DNA of 64,000 nucleotides from Macrostomum hystrix (taxonomy: Eukaryota > Animalia > Platyhelminthes). The stretch lies in contig CATNEN010000005.1 in assembly GCA_950097015.1 (NCBI GenBank), forward strand, positions 4,464,001 to 4,528,000, written 5' to 3'. Shown piece after piece: positions 48,989 to 59,552 of the stretch. Position numbers and translations under genes: made by a program. The first letter of the stretch is position 1. Each line of letters starts with the position of its first letter. The notes under the pieces are model-generated. The model made no database searches. It was given only the letters and a program-made list of their open reading frames with translations, and was not told the origin of the DNA.

Positions 48989-51946
48989 TTCAGTCAGTGG
49001 ACAGCCAGTGCATCTCAGCTGGTTATTCAGTCAGTGGACAGTCAGTGCATCTCAGCTGGTTATTCAGTCAGTGGACAGTCACTGCATCTCAGCTGGTTAT
49101 TCAGTCACTGCATCTCAGCTGGTTATTCAGTCAGTGCATCTCAGCTGATTATTCAGTCAGTGGACAGTCACTGCATCTCAGCTGGTTATTCAGTCACTGC
49201 ATCTCAGCTGGTTATTCAGTCAGTGGACAGTCAGTGCATCTCAGCTGGTTATTCAGTCAGTGGACAGTCAGTGCATCTCAGCTGGTTATTCAGTCACTGC
49301 ATCTCAGCTGGTTATTCAGTCACTGCATCTCAGCTGATTATTCAGTCAGTGGACAGTCACTGCATCTCAGCTGGTTATTCAGTCACTGCATCTCAGCTGG
49401 TTATTCAGTCAGTGGACAGTCAGTGCATCTCAGCTGGTTATTCAGTCACTGCATCTCAGCTGGTTATTCAGTCAATGGACAGTAAGTGCATCTCAGCTGG
49501 TTATTCAGTCAGTGGACAGTCAGTGCATCTCAGCTGATTATTCAGTCAGTGGACAGTCAGTGCATCTCAGCTGATTATTCAGTCAGTGGACAGTCAGTGC
49601 ATCTCAGCTGGTTATTTAGTCAGTGCATCTCAGCTGGTTATTTAGTGAGTGCATCTCAGCTGATTATTCAGTCAGTGGACAGTCACTGCATCTCAGCTGA
49701 TTATTCAGTCAGTGGACAGTCACTGCATCTCAGCTGGTTATTCAGTCAGTGCATCTCAGCTGATTATTCAGTCAGTGGACAGTCAGTGCATCTCAGCTGA
49801 TTATTCAGTCAGTGGACAGTCAGTGCATCTCAGCTGATTATTCAGTCAGTGGACAGTCAGTGCATCTCAGCTGGTTATTCAGTCAGTGGACAGTCACTGC
49901 ATCTCAGCTGGTTATTCACTCAGTGGACAGTCACTGCATCTCAGCTGACGTGTCCTTGAAAATCACGAGAGCGAATGTCAAGGAGGGTTGAATGTAAGAG
50001 AGGGTTGAAGGTTAGAGGGTTGAAGGTGAGAGAGCGTGAAGGTGAGAGAGGGTGAATGTGAGACAGGGTGAAGGTGAGAGAGGGAAATGGTGAAGGTGAG
50101 AGAGGGTGAAGTTGAGAGAGGGTTGAAGGTGACAGAGGGTTGAAGGTGAGAGAGGGTTGAAGGTGAGAGAGGGATGAAGATGAGAGAGGGTTGAATGTGA
50201 GAGGGTTGAAGGTGAGAGAGGGTTAAAGGTGAGAGAAGGACATGGTGAAGGTAAGAGAGGGTTGAAGGTGAGAGGGTTGAAGGTGAGAGGGTTGAAGGTG
50301 AGAGGGTTGAAGGTGAGAGGGTTGAAGGTGAGAGGGTTGAAGATGAGAGGGTTGAAGGTGAGAGGGTTGAAGGTGAGAGGGTTGAAGGTGAGAGGGTTGA
50401 AGGTGAGAGGGTTGAAGGTGAGAGGGTTAAAGGTGAGAGAGGGTAAAGTTGAGAGAGGGTTGAAGGTGAGAGGGTTGAAGGTGAGAGGGTTGAAGGTGAG
50501 AGAGGGTGAAGGTGAGAGAGCGTGAAGGTGAGAGAGGGTGAAGGTGAGAGAGGGTGAAGGTGAGAGAGGGAAATGGTGAAGGTGAGAGAGGGTTAAGTTG
50601 AGAGAGGGTTGAAGGTGAGAGGGTTCAAGGTGAGAGGGTTGAAGGTGAGAGAGGGACATGGTGACATGACATGGTCACTGCATCTCAGCTGATTATTCAG
50701 TCAGTGCATCTCAGCTGATTATTCAGTCAGTGCATCTCAGCTGATTATTCAGTCAGTGCATCTCAGCTGATTATTCAGTCAGTGCATCTCAGCTGATTAT
50801 TCAGTCAGTGCATCTCAGCTGATTATTCAGTCAGTGGACAGTCAGTGCATCTCAGCTGGTTATTCAGTCACTGCATCTCAGCTGATTATTCAGTCAGTGG
50901 ACAGTCAGTACATCTCAGCTGGTTATTCAGTCAATGGACAGTAAGTGCATCTCAGCTGGTTATTCAGTCAGTGGACAGTCAGTGCATCTCAGCTGATTAT
51001 TCAGTCAGTGGACAGTCAGTGCATCTCAGCTGGTTATTCAGTCAGTGGACAGTCAGTGCATCTCAGCTGATTATATTCAGTCAGTGGACAGTCAGTGAAT
51101 CTCAGCTGGTTATTTAGTCAGTGCATCTCAGCTGATTATTCAGTCAGTGGACAGTCAGTGAATCTCAGCTGGTTATTTAGTCAGTGCATCTCAGCTGATT
51201 ATTCAGTCAGTGGACAGTCACTGCATCTCAGCTGATTATTCAGTCAGTGGACAGTCAGTGCATCTCAGCTGATTATTCAGTCAGTGGACAGTCACTGCAT
51301 CTCAGCTGGTTATTCAGTCAGTGCATCTCAGCTGATTATTCAGTCAGTGGACAGTCAGTGCATCTCAGCTGATTATTCAGTCAGTGGACAGTCAGTGCAT
51401 CTCAGCTGATTATTCAGTCAGTGGACAGTCAGTGCATCTCAGCTGGTTATTCAGTCAGTGGACAGTCAGTGCATCTCAGCTGATTATTCAGTCAGTGGAC
51501 AGTCAGTGCATCTCAGCTGATTATTCAGTCAGTGGACAGTCAGTGCATCTCAGCTGATTATTCAGTCAGTGGACAGTCAGTGCATCTCAGCTGGTTATTC
51601 AGTCAGTGGACAGTCAGTGCATCTCAGCTGATTATTCAGTCAGTGGACAGTCAGTGCATCTCAGCTGATTATTCAGTCAGTGGACAGTCAGTGCATCTCA
51701 GCTGGTTATTCAGTCAGTGGACAGTCAGTGCATCTCAGCTGATTATTCAGTCAGTGGATAGTCAGTGCATCTCAGCTGATTATTCAGTCAGTGGACAGTC
51801 AGTGCATCTCAGCTGATTATTCAGTCAGTGGACAGTCAGTGCATCTCAGCTGATTATTCAGTCAGTGGACAGTCAGTGCATCTCAGCTGATTATTCAGTC
51901 AGTGGACAGTCAGTGCATCTCAGCTGATTATTCAGTCAGTGGATAG
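48989..51946 (+). repeat. 26/37-bp satellite (CAGTCAGTGCATCTCAGCTGATTATT, +/- CAGTCAGTGGA), left arm, interrupted at 49949-50674
   Basis: Direct reading. Confidence 0.96.
49949..50674. repeat. Second copy of leader + GAAGGTGAGAG satellite, nested in the 26/37-bp array
   Basis: Leader CGTGTCCTTGAAAATCACGAGAGCGAATGTCAAGGA matches 45125-45160 at 35/36 positions; flanked by TCACTGCATCTCAGCTGA on both sides. Confidence 0.92.
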
Positions 51947-52813
51947 TACGAGAATTATATTATATAGCCGACTACAGGTCGTGTAAGACAAGTTCTTTTG
52001 CACCAGTCGTTGGTTTTGCCATTACTAGATCGAGTGCAGAGGAGTTTGTTATTAGAATAAATAAAGATGTGACCTAGAGCTGCTTTCCTAGGTGCAATTA
52101 CGGGCATACTATGTATTCTATAACAAGCTGAATAGAAAGTTTTAATACAAACTGACTTTCTAACGCCATCAGTTTTAGAGCTGAGAATTCTAAAAAGACA
52201 GCTAGACGATATGTATAGAAAAGGTAAAAGTTTGGGTAGCTAAAACAAGAGAAAGTAAGCCATTAAAGTAAATTACATATTTGACGGGCCATTCCATATA
52301 TTCCTGTCACATAATTTCTTCAAGGAAATTCCTTGTCAATATTGCGTCACCACATTTTAAAGAAACCGATAGAAATAAGATTTATTAAATGTTCCGTTTC
52401 AATTACATTAGCTTAACAAGAATTGACAGGTCATTCTCAACCTGCATCATAAGCGCATTGTTGGACAGTGATGAGGAATTCCGTTAGAGGCCAATTATTT
52501 TTTTCTGGATATTTTTTGACACACCCAAAGTGGTGACCTGTGATGTGACCAAGTCAAAGCCTCGCAGGCTTATCACGTGACCATTGGCGCGAAGATCCTC
52601 CGCGGAGCGGTTTTACAGCCGGTTCTGATTGCCCCGACAGTAGCACAATGCGCTGCAGAGGTGGGATCGTGAGGAAGTAGGAGAGAGAAAGCTTCCCAAC
52701 AGAAATTTGCTTCTGAGGCGCAAGTGAGTCATCGACTAGCAATGGTGTCATTTGTGCGATAAGAAATTTCAATTTTTATGAAGTTCATCAAAGTGACGGC
52801 AAAACACAAGAGT

Positions 52814-54435
52814 CTGAATAACCAGCTAAGATGCACTGACTGTCCAGTGACTGAATAACCAGCTGAGATGCACTGACTGTCCAGTGACTGAATAATCAGC
52901 TGAGATGCAGTGACTGTCCAGTGACTGAATAACCAGCTGAGATGCACTGACTGTCCAGTGACTGAATAATCAGCTGAGATGCACTGACTGTCCACTGACT
53001 GAATAATCAGCTGAGATGCACTGACTGTCCACTGACTGAATAATCAGCTGAGATGCACTGACTGTCCACTGACTCAATAATCAGCTGAGATGCAGTGACT
53101 GAATAATCAGCTGAGATGCACTGACTGTCCACTGACTGAATAATCAGCTGAGATGCAGTGACTCAATAATCAGCTGAGATGCAGTGACTGAATAATCAGC
53201 TGAGATGCACTGACTGAATAATCAGCTGAGATGCAGTGACTGAATAATCAGCTGAGATGCACTGACTGAATAATCAGCTGAGATGCAGTGACTGAATAAT
53301 CAGCTGAGATGCACTGACTGAATAATCAGCTGAGATGCACTGACTGAATAATCAGCTGAGATGCACTGACTGAATAATCAGCTGAGATGCACTGACTGAA
53401 TAATCAGCTGAGATGCACTGACTGAATAATCAGCTGAGATGCAGTGACTGAATAATCAGCTGAGATGCAGTGACTGAATAATCAGCTGAGATGCAGTGAC
53501 TGAATAATCAGCTGAGATGCAGTGACTGAATAATCAGCTGAGATGCAGTGACTGAATAATCAGCTGAGATGCAGTGACTGAATAATCAGCTGAGATGCAG
53601 TGACTGAATAATCAGCTGAGATGCAGTGACTGAATAATCAGCTGAGATGCAGTGACTGAATAATCAGCTGAGATGCACTGACTGAATAACCAGCTGAGAT
53701 GCACTGACTGAATAATCAGCTGAGATGCACTGACTGAATAATCAGCTGAGATGCACTGACTGAATAATCAGCTGAGATGCACTGACTGAATAATCAGCTG
53801 AGATGCACTGACTGAATAATCAGCTGAGATGCAGTGACTGAATAATCAGCTGAGATGCAGTGACTGAATAATCAGCTGAGATGCAGTGACTGAATAATCA
53901 GCTGAGATGCAGTGACTGAATAATCAGCTGAGATGCAGTGACTGAATAATCAGCTGAGATGCAGTGACTGAATAATCAGCTGAGATGCAGTGACTGAATA
54001 ATCAGCTGAGATGCAGTGACTGAATAATCAGCTGAGATGCAGTGACTGAATAATCAGCTGAGATGCACTGACTGAATAACCAGCTGAGATGCACTGACTG
54101 AATAATCAGCTGAGATGCACTGACTGAATAATCAGCTGAGATGCACTGACTGAATAATCAGCTGAGATGCACTGACTGAATAATCAGCTGAGATGCACTG
54201 ACTGATTAACCAGCTGAGATGCACTGACTGAATAACCAGCTGAGATGCACTGACTGAATAACCAGCTGAGATGCACTGACTGAATAACCAGCTGAGATGC
54301 ACTGACTGAATAACCAGCTGAGATGCACTGACTGAATAATCAGCTGAGATGCAGTGACTGAATAATCAGCTGAGATGCACTGACTGAATAATCAGCTGAG
54401 ATGCACTGACTGAATAATCAGCTGAGATGCAGTGA
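52814..54435 (-). repeat. 26/37-bp satellite, right arm, inverted relative to 48989-51946
   Basis: Unit TGACTGAATAATCAGCTGAGATGCAC is the reverse complement of the left-arm unit. Confidence 0.96.
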
Positions 54436-54814
54436 GTTTTAAAGTCCATAGTGATTTTAAAAAAGAAAATAATAAATGCAATTTTTTAGTCCAAAGAAGG
54501 CATACTACAGTTGTTTAAGTTATAATATTATTTCGTAACTGCCATTTATTTTTTTTAATTAAAAGTTTTTTTTCACAATACATGGGTACAAAATTTGATA
54601 AGTCAGCTAATACTAAACACAGCAGCAATTAAAAGCACCTTAACAGCGAACAAACTTTTTTCATCATAAAATTTGAATTCAGAAAGACAGTGGTTCCTAT
54701 CAGACAAAAATTTTGGCTAAAAAACTTACATTAGCCCATTTAACTAAATCTAATTTCTCTCCCCTAACAAATAGCTTGTAGAAGCAATTCTGAAGCTCAA
54801 TATACAGACTATGC

Positions 54815-55700
54815 CATTAACTTCCAGCCAATCAGAGAATCTCAAGCTTAGATCCATTCCCAGCCAATCAGAGAATCTCAAGCTTATATCCATTCCCAGC
54901 CAATCAGAGAATCTCAAGCTTAGATCCACTCCCATCCAATCAGAGAATCTCAAGCTTAGATCCACTCCCATCCAATCAGAGAATCTCAAGCTTAGATCCA
55001 CTCCCATCCAATCAGAAAGTCTCAAACTTAGATACACTCCCATCCAATCAGAGAGACTCAAGCTTAGATCCACTCCCATCCAATCAGAGAGACTCAAGCT
55101 TAGATCCACTCCCATCCAATCAGAGAGACTCAAGCTTAGATCCACTCCCATCCAATCAGAGAGACTCAAGCTTAGATCCACTCCCATCCAATCAGAGAGA
55201 CTTAAGCTTATATCCACTCCCATCCAATCAGAGAATCTCAAACTTAGATCCACTCCCATCCAATCAGAGAGACTCAAGCTTAGATCCACCCCCATCCAAT
55301 CAGAGAGACTCAAACTTAGATCGACTCCCATCCAATCAGAGAATCTCAAGCTTAGATCCAGTCTCATCCAATCAGAGAGACTCAAGCTTAGATCCACTCC
55401 CATCCAACCAGAGAGACTCAAGCTTAGATCCACTCCCATCCAATCAGAGAATCTCAAGCTTAGATCCACTCCCATCCAATCAGAGAATCTCAAGCTTAGA
55501 TCCACTCTCATCCTATCAGAGAATCACAAGCTTAGATCCACTCCCATCCAATCAGAGAGCGGATGGGAGTGGATCCAATCAGAAGAATCTCAAGCTTATA
55601 TCCATTCCCAGCCAATCAGAGAATCCTAAGCTAAGAGATAGTTCCAGCCAATGAGAGAATCCCAAGCTAAGATATATTTCCAGCCAATCAGAGAATACCA
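54815..55700. repeat. 36-bp minisatellite (ATCCAATCAGAGAATCTCAAGCTTAGATCCACTCCC), ~24 copies
   Basis: Direct reading; begins ~60 nt past the MARS2 stop codon. Confidence 0.94.
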
Positions 55701-55760
55701 AGAAGATTTGAAGTGTCAATGATTGTAATTTAGGATGAAAACACGATAAGAAAAGTGGAG

Positions 55761-56237
55761 TTAATCATCGGCCAATATTCTCCTATCAATAAGATGAGCA
55801 GGAGTTTTAGCCAAGACAGGCAATCCGCCGGGGCACAGCAAAGCATTAGCAACAATTGAACAATCATTAGTGTCAGATAGGCCAGCCAGTTGCATTAGGT
55901 TTGGTCCCAGACTTGGACACAGTGGTGTCAAATGCAATCCAGAAATCCTCAGGCTAGCAAACACCAGTGTTAGCAGCGAGTCTAAATTTTGCAACGACTC
56001 AGCCTTATCAGATTTAGCCAGTTGCCAGGGTCGCCAGCGATCCCAAATGGAGTTTGCCGAACGCCAAACAGACACCAGATCATCGGCTACCCGATGGACA
56101 CGCATTTCAGACCAATGAGCTGAAATGGAATCTGTTAGGCCGAGAAGTTGATCGACAAATTGTTGCTCATTTAGTTGACTGGCGTGCCAATGCAGATCGT
56201 CGATTGATGCCACAGGAGGCAGCGGTCGGCGATTCAC
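55761..56237 (-). CDS. MARS2: Mitochondrial-type methionyl-tRNA synthetase, exon 4 (anticodon-binding domain)
   Basis: Acceptor TTTTATTTCACAG, phase 0. The four exons sum to 1608 nt (535 aa + stop). Confidence 0.8.
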   Translation of the reverse strand: MNRRPLPPVASIDDLHWHASQLNEQQFVDQLLGLTDSISAHWSEMRVHRVADDLVSVWRSANSIWDRWRPWQLAKSDKAESLQNLDSLLTLVFASLRISGLHLTPLCPSLGPNLMQLAGLSDTNDCSIVANALLCPGGLPVLAKTPAHLIDRRILADD

Positions 56238-56299
56238 CTGTGAAATAAAACGACATAAAAAACACTCAGCGAGATTTTTGTGCAAGGATGAGAGATTAG

Positions 56300-56530
56300 A
56301 GCGGCTTGAGATAGGCCAAGGTGAGATTAAAATCACAATCACAAGGTGAGATATCAGGCTGAGATTAGATACACAGCAAGGCGAGATATCAGGCTGAGAT
56401 TAGATATACAACAAGGTGAGATATCAGGCTGAGATTAGAGCTCACAAGGATGAGATAAGAACAGTAATTAGTTGGGATACCTAGGATGGTACAGAATAGG
56501 ATGGCAAAGAATGGGATCAGAGTAGGAACA
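56300..56530. repeat. 34-bp repeat (CAAGGTGAGATATCAGGCTGAGATTAGATAYACA), ~4 copies plus decayed units
   Basis: Direct reading; MARS2 intron 3. Confidence 0.75.
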
Positions 56531-56539
56531 CAGACACAC

Positions 56540-57083
56540 CTTGGCACTAGTAGCTCTAGCAGCCAGGTTAGCCATACAGTTGACCAGTTCGTCGTTGACA
56601 ATGTGAAGTGCGCGGGCCACTTGAAAATCGGCATCCTCTCCGCTAACAGGCCCAGATCTGAGCAGTGAGTACCTCAGGCCGTCTCTAGTTAGCTGCTCAA
56701 ACAATTGTTCGTCTGGTCGAACAACATTACCCAACGATTTGGACATTTTACGTCCGCCGGACAGCCAATGACCGTGGCAGAAAATTCTTTTAGGCGGCTC
56801 CAGGCCGATACCAATTAGTATGGCTGGCCAAAGAATGGCATGAAAGCGTAGAATATCTTTGCCAACTATTTGATCAGTTGGCGGCCAAGTAGACAGCTGA
56901 TTAGGATAGCCTGCCACTGTCAGATAGTTGCACAAGGCGTCAAACCAAACGTAGATTGTCTGCGACAGATCCGAAGGCACCGGAATGCCCCAACCGCCGG
57001 GTGTGGAGAATCGAGCGGTTGGACGACTAACTGATAGACGGTCTGGTGTTGAAGACAGCTGGTGCAGTGCCAGCTCCGAGTAT
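56540..57083 (-). CDS. MARS2: MARS2 exon 3 (contains KMSKS)
   Basis: WGIPVP..SQTIYVWFDALCNY, GKDILRFHAILWPA and GRKMSKSLGNVV. Acceptor CACCCCAG (phase 2), donor AAG|GTGTGT (phase 0). Confidence 0.95.
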
Positions 57084-57109
57084 CTGGGGTGATTGGGAGC
57101 CGCAATTAA

Positions 57110-57490
57110 ATGATTCTCAACCAATCAGAGACATTCTAAAAGCTAAATCATTTTCAACCAATCAGAGTGATTCTTAAGCGAAAACATTTTCAACCAATCA
57201 GATAAGATACTCTCAAGCTTAACTACCACGCACAAATAATCAGAGAATCCTAAGCCAGTTTATACTCAACCAATCAGAGAACACTAAGCCAATTATACAC
57301 AACCAATCAGAGAACACTAAGACAATTATACTCAAACAATCAGAGAATACTAAGCCAGTTTATTTTCAACCAATCAGAGAATACTAAGCCAGTTTATTTT
57401 CAACCAATCAGAGAATAACTAAGCCAGTTTATTTTCAACCAATCAGAGAATACTAAACCAATTTTTACTCAACCAATCAGAGAATCCCAA
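57110..57490. repeat. ~32-bp CCAATCAGAGAA-containing repeat
   Basis: Direct reading; fills most of MARS2 intron 2. Confidence 0.85.
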
Positions 57491-57525
57491 GTCACTGGTA
57501 TAATTTACACTGACGTCAAACTCAC

Positions 57526-58057
57526 TTGTCAGGCAGTACAACTCGTCCGGCAGTTAGATACTTTCGCACCTCCTGTTTGAGCTCCTTGAGTTGAAATAGC
57601 CAATTAATCTCTGAGCACATCTCAACCGGTTGTCCGGTGTCGCGTATAACAAATCGATCAGATGAGTCGCTAGATTTCACTATATCCTCGGGCGATACAA
57701 AACACTCGTCTGCTAAGGAATACCATCCTTCGTAACTGTCTTTAGTTAATAAACCATTTTTAAACAGATTCCGCCAGACAGAAGACACACAATGTGCGTG
57801 CTCAGAGTCAGAAGTTCTCACAAAATTGCCATTGTAGTCAATTCCAGCCAAGTCAAATAGTTGACGAAATTTCGCCGCGTTTGTCGAACAAAATGCTTCT
57901 ACATTATTAAATCCCGCTAGAATAGATGCTTTCTCAACCTTCTCACCGTGCTCATCACATCCGGTGCTCAGTAGGGTTGGCCTGCCTAGCAACAGGCGAT
58001 TGTAGCGAGACAGGGCGTCAGCTAGACAACTGCTGAACAGGTGACCAATATGCGGCT
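57526..58057 (-). CDS. MARS2: MARS2 exon 2 (HIGH motif)
   Basis: EPHIGHLFS, TGCDEHGEK, YEGWYSLADECF. Acceptor CACACCAG (phase 1), donor AA|GTGAGT (phase 2). Confidence 0.95.
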
Positions 58058-58089
58058 CTGGTGTGAATTTGAGTATAGATGCGGACAGA

Positions 58090-59465
58090 ATTAGAACAGG
58101 TAACTTACATATTCGAACATGTAGATAACACTTCAGAGCAAAGGTAGATAACAGATAAGAACAAGTAGATAACATATTAGAACAGGTAGTTCAGATAAGA
58201 AAAGGTAGTTCAGATAAGAACAAGTAGATAATAATAGAACATGTAGATCAGATAAGAAAATGTAGATAATATTAGAAGAGGTAGTTAAGATTAGAACAGG
58301 TAGTTAAGATTAGAACATGTAGATCAGATTAGAACAGGTGAATCAGTTTAGAACAGGTAGTTAAGATTAGAACACGAAGATCAGATTAGAACAGGTAGAT
58401 CAGATTAGAACACGTAGATCAGATTAGAACAGGTAGTTAAGATTAGAACAGGTAGATCAGATTAGAACAGGTAGATCAGATTAGAACAGGTAGGTCAGAT
58501 TAGAACAGGTAGTTCAGATTAGAGCAGTTAGATCAGATTAGAACAGGTAGTTAAGATTAGAACATGTAGATCAGATTAGAACATGTAGTTCAGATTAGAA
58601 CAGTAGATCAGATTATAACAGTAGATCAGATTAGAACAGGTGGATCGGGTTAGAACAGGCAGTTAAGATTAGAACAGTAGATCAGATTAGAACCGGTAGA
58701 TCATATTAGAACATGTAGATAGTTAAGATTAGAACAGTTAGTTAAGATTAGAAGGTAGATCAGATTAGAAGGTAGATCAGATTAGAACAGGTGGATCAGG
58801 TTAGAACAGGCAGTTAAGATTAGAACAGTAGATCAGATTAGAACCGGTAGATCATATTAGAACAGGTAGATCAGATTAGAACAGGTGGATCAGGTTAGAA
58901 CAGGTAGTTAAGATTAGAACAGTAGATCAGATTAGAACCGGTAGATTATATTAGAACAGGTAGATCAGATTAGAACAGGTAGTTAAGATTAGAACATGTA
59001 GATCAGATTAGAACAGGTAGATCAGATTAGAACAGGTAGTTGAGATTAGAACAGTTAGTTAAGATTAGAAGGTAGATCAGATTAGAAGGTAGATCAGATT
59101 AGAACAGGTGGATCAGGTTAGAACAGGCAGTTAAGATTAGAACAGTAGATCAGATTAGAACCGGTAGATCATATTAGAACAGGTAGATCAGATTAGAACA
59201 GGTGGATCAGGTTAGAACAGGTAGTTAAGATTAGAACATGTAGATCAGATTAGAACCGGTAGATCATATTAGAACAGGTAGATCAGATTAGAACAGGTGG
59301 ATCAGGTTAGAACAGGTGGATCAGGTTAGAACAGGTGGATCAGGTTAGAACAGGTGGATCAGGTTAGAACAGGTAGTTAAGATTAGAACAGTAGATCAGA
59401 TTAGAACCGGTAGATCATATTAGAACAGGTAGATCAGATTAGAACAGGTGGATCAGGTTAGAACA
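58090..59465. repeat. 19-bp minisatellite (AGATTAGAACAGGTAGATC), ~68 copies
   Basis: Direct reading; fills nearly all of MARS2 intron 1. Confidence 0.95.
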
Positions 59466-59497
59466 AGAAGATCTGATTCATAAAAACAAAGGCTTAC

Positions 59498-59552
59498 CAG
59501 CATTGACATAGTAGATTGGTGTTGTCACAAAGTAGGTGGCAGCCTTTCTCAT
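59498..59552 (-). CDS. MARS2: MARS2 exon 1 (absent from the ORF track)
   Basis: MRKAATYFVTTPIYYVNA then G|GTAAGC (phase 1). Joins exon 2 to give the MetRS signature TTPIYYVNAEPHIGH. Confidence 0.92.

Noticed and set aside
10925-55629. Long repetitive ORFs (SHLSRVSSLP, HNPQTSQST, ELEGCQNPTAD, DKTHLRSS, PSLTFNPL, QSERLKLRSTP and others)
   Set aside because: They coincide with minisatellites, are open in several frames and on both strands, and lack unique coding flanks or splice context.
1833-59465. CRISPR-like arrays
   Set aside because: Units are head-to-tail with no unique spacers, there are no cas genes, and the context is eukaryotic.
58090-59465. CAGGTAG (Zelda/TAGteam) site arrays here and in 1833-3090
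   Set aside because: Zelda is known from insects and some other arthropods, and nothing here shows the organism has it. A 7-mer in a repeat unit is weak evidence.
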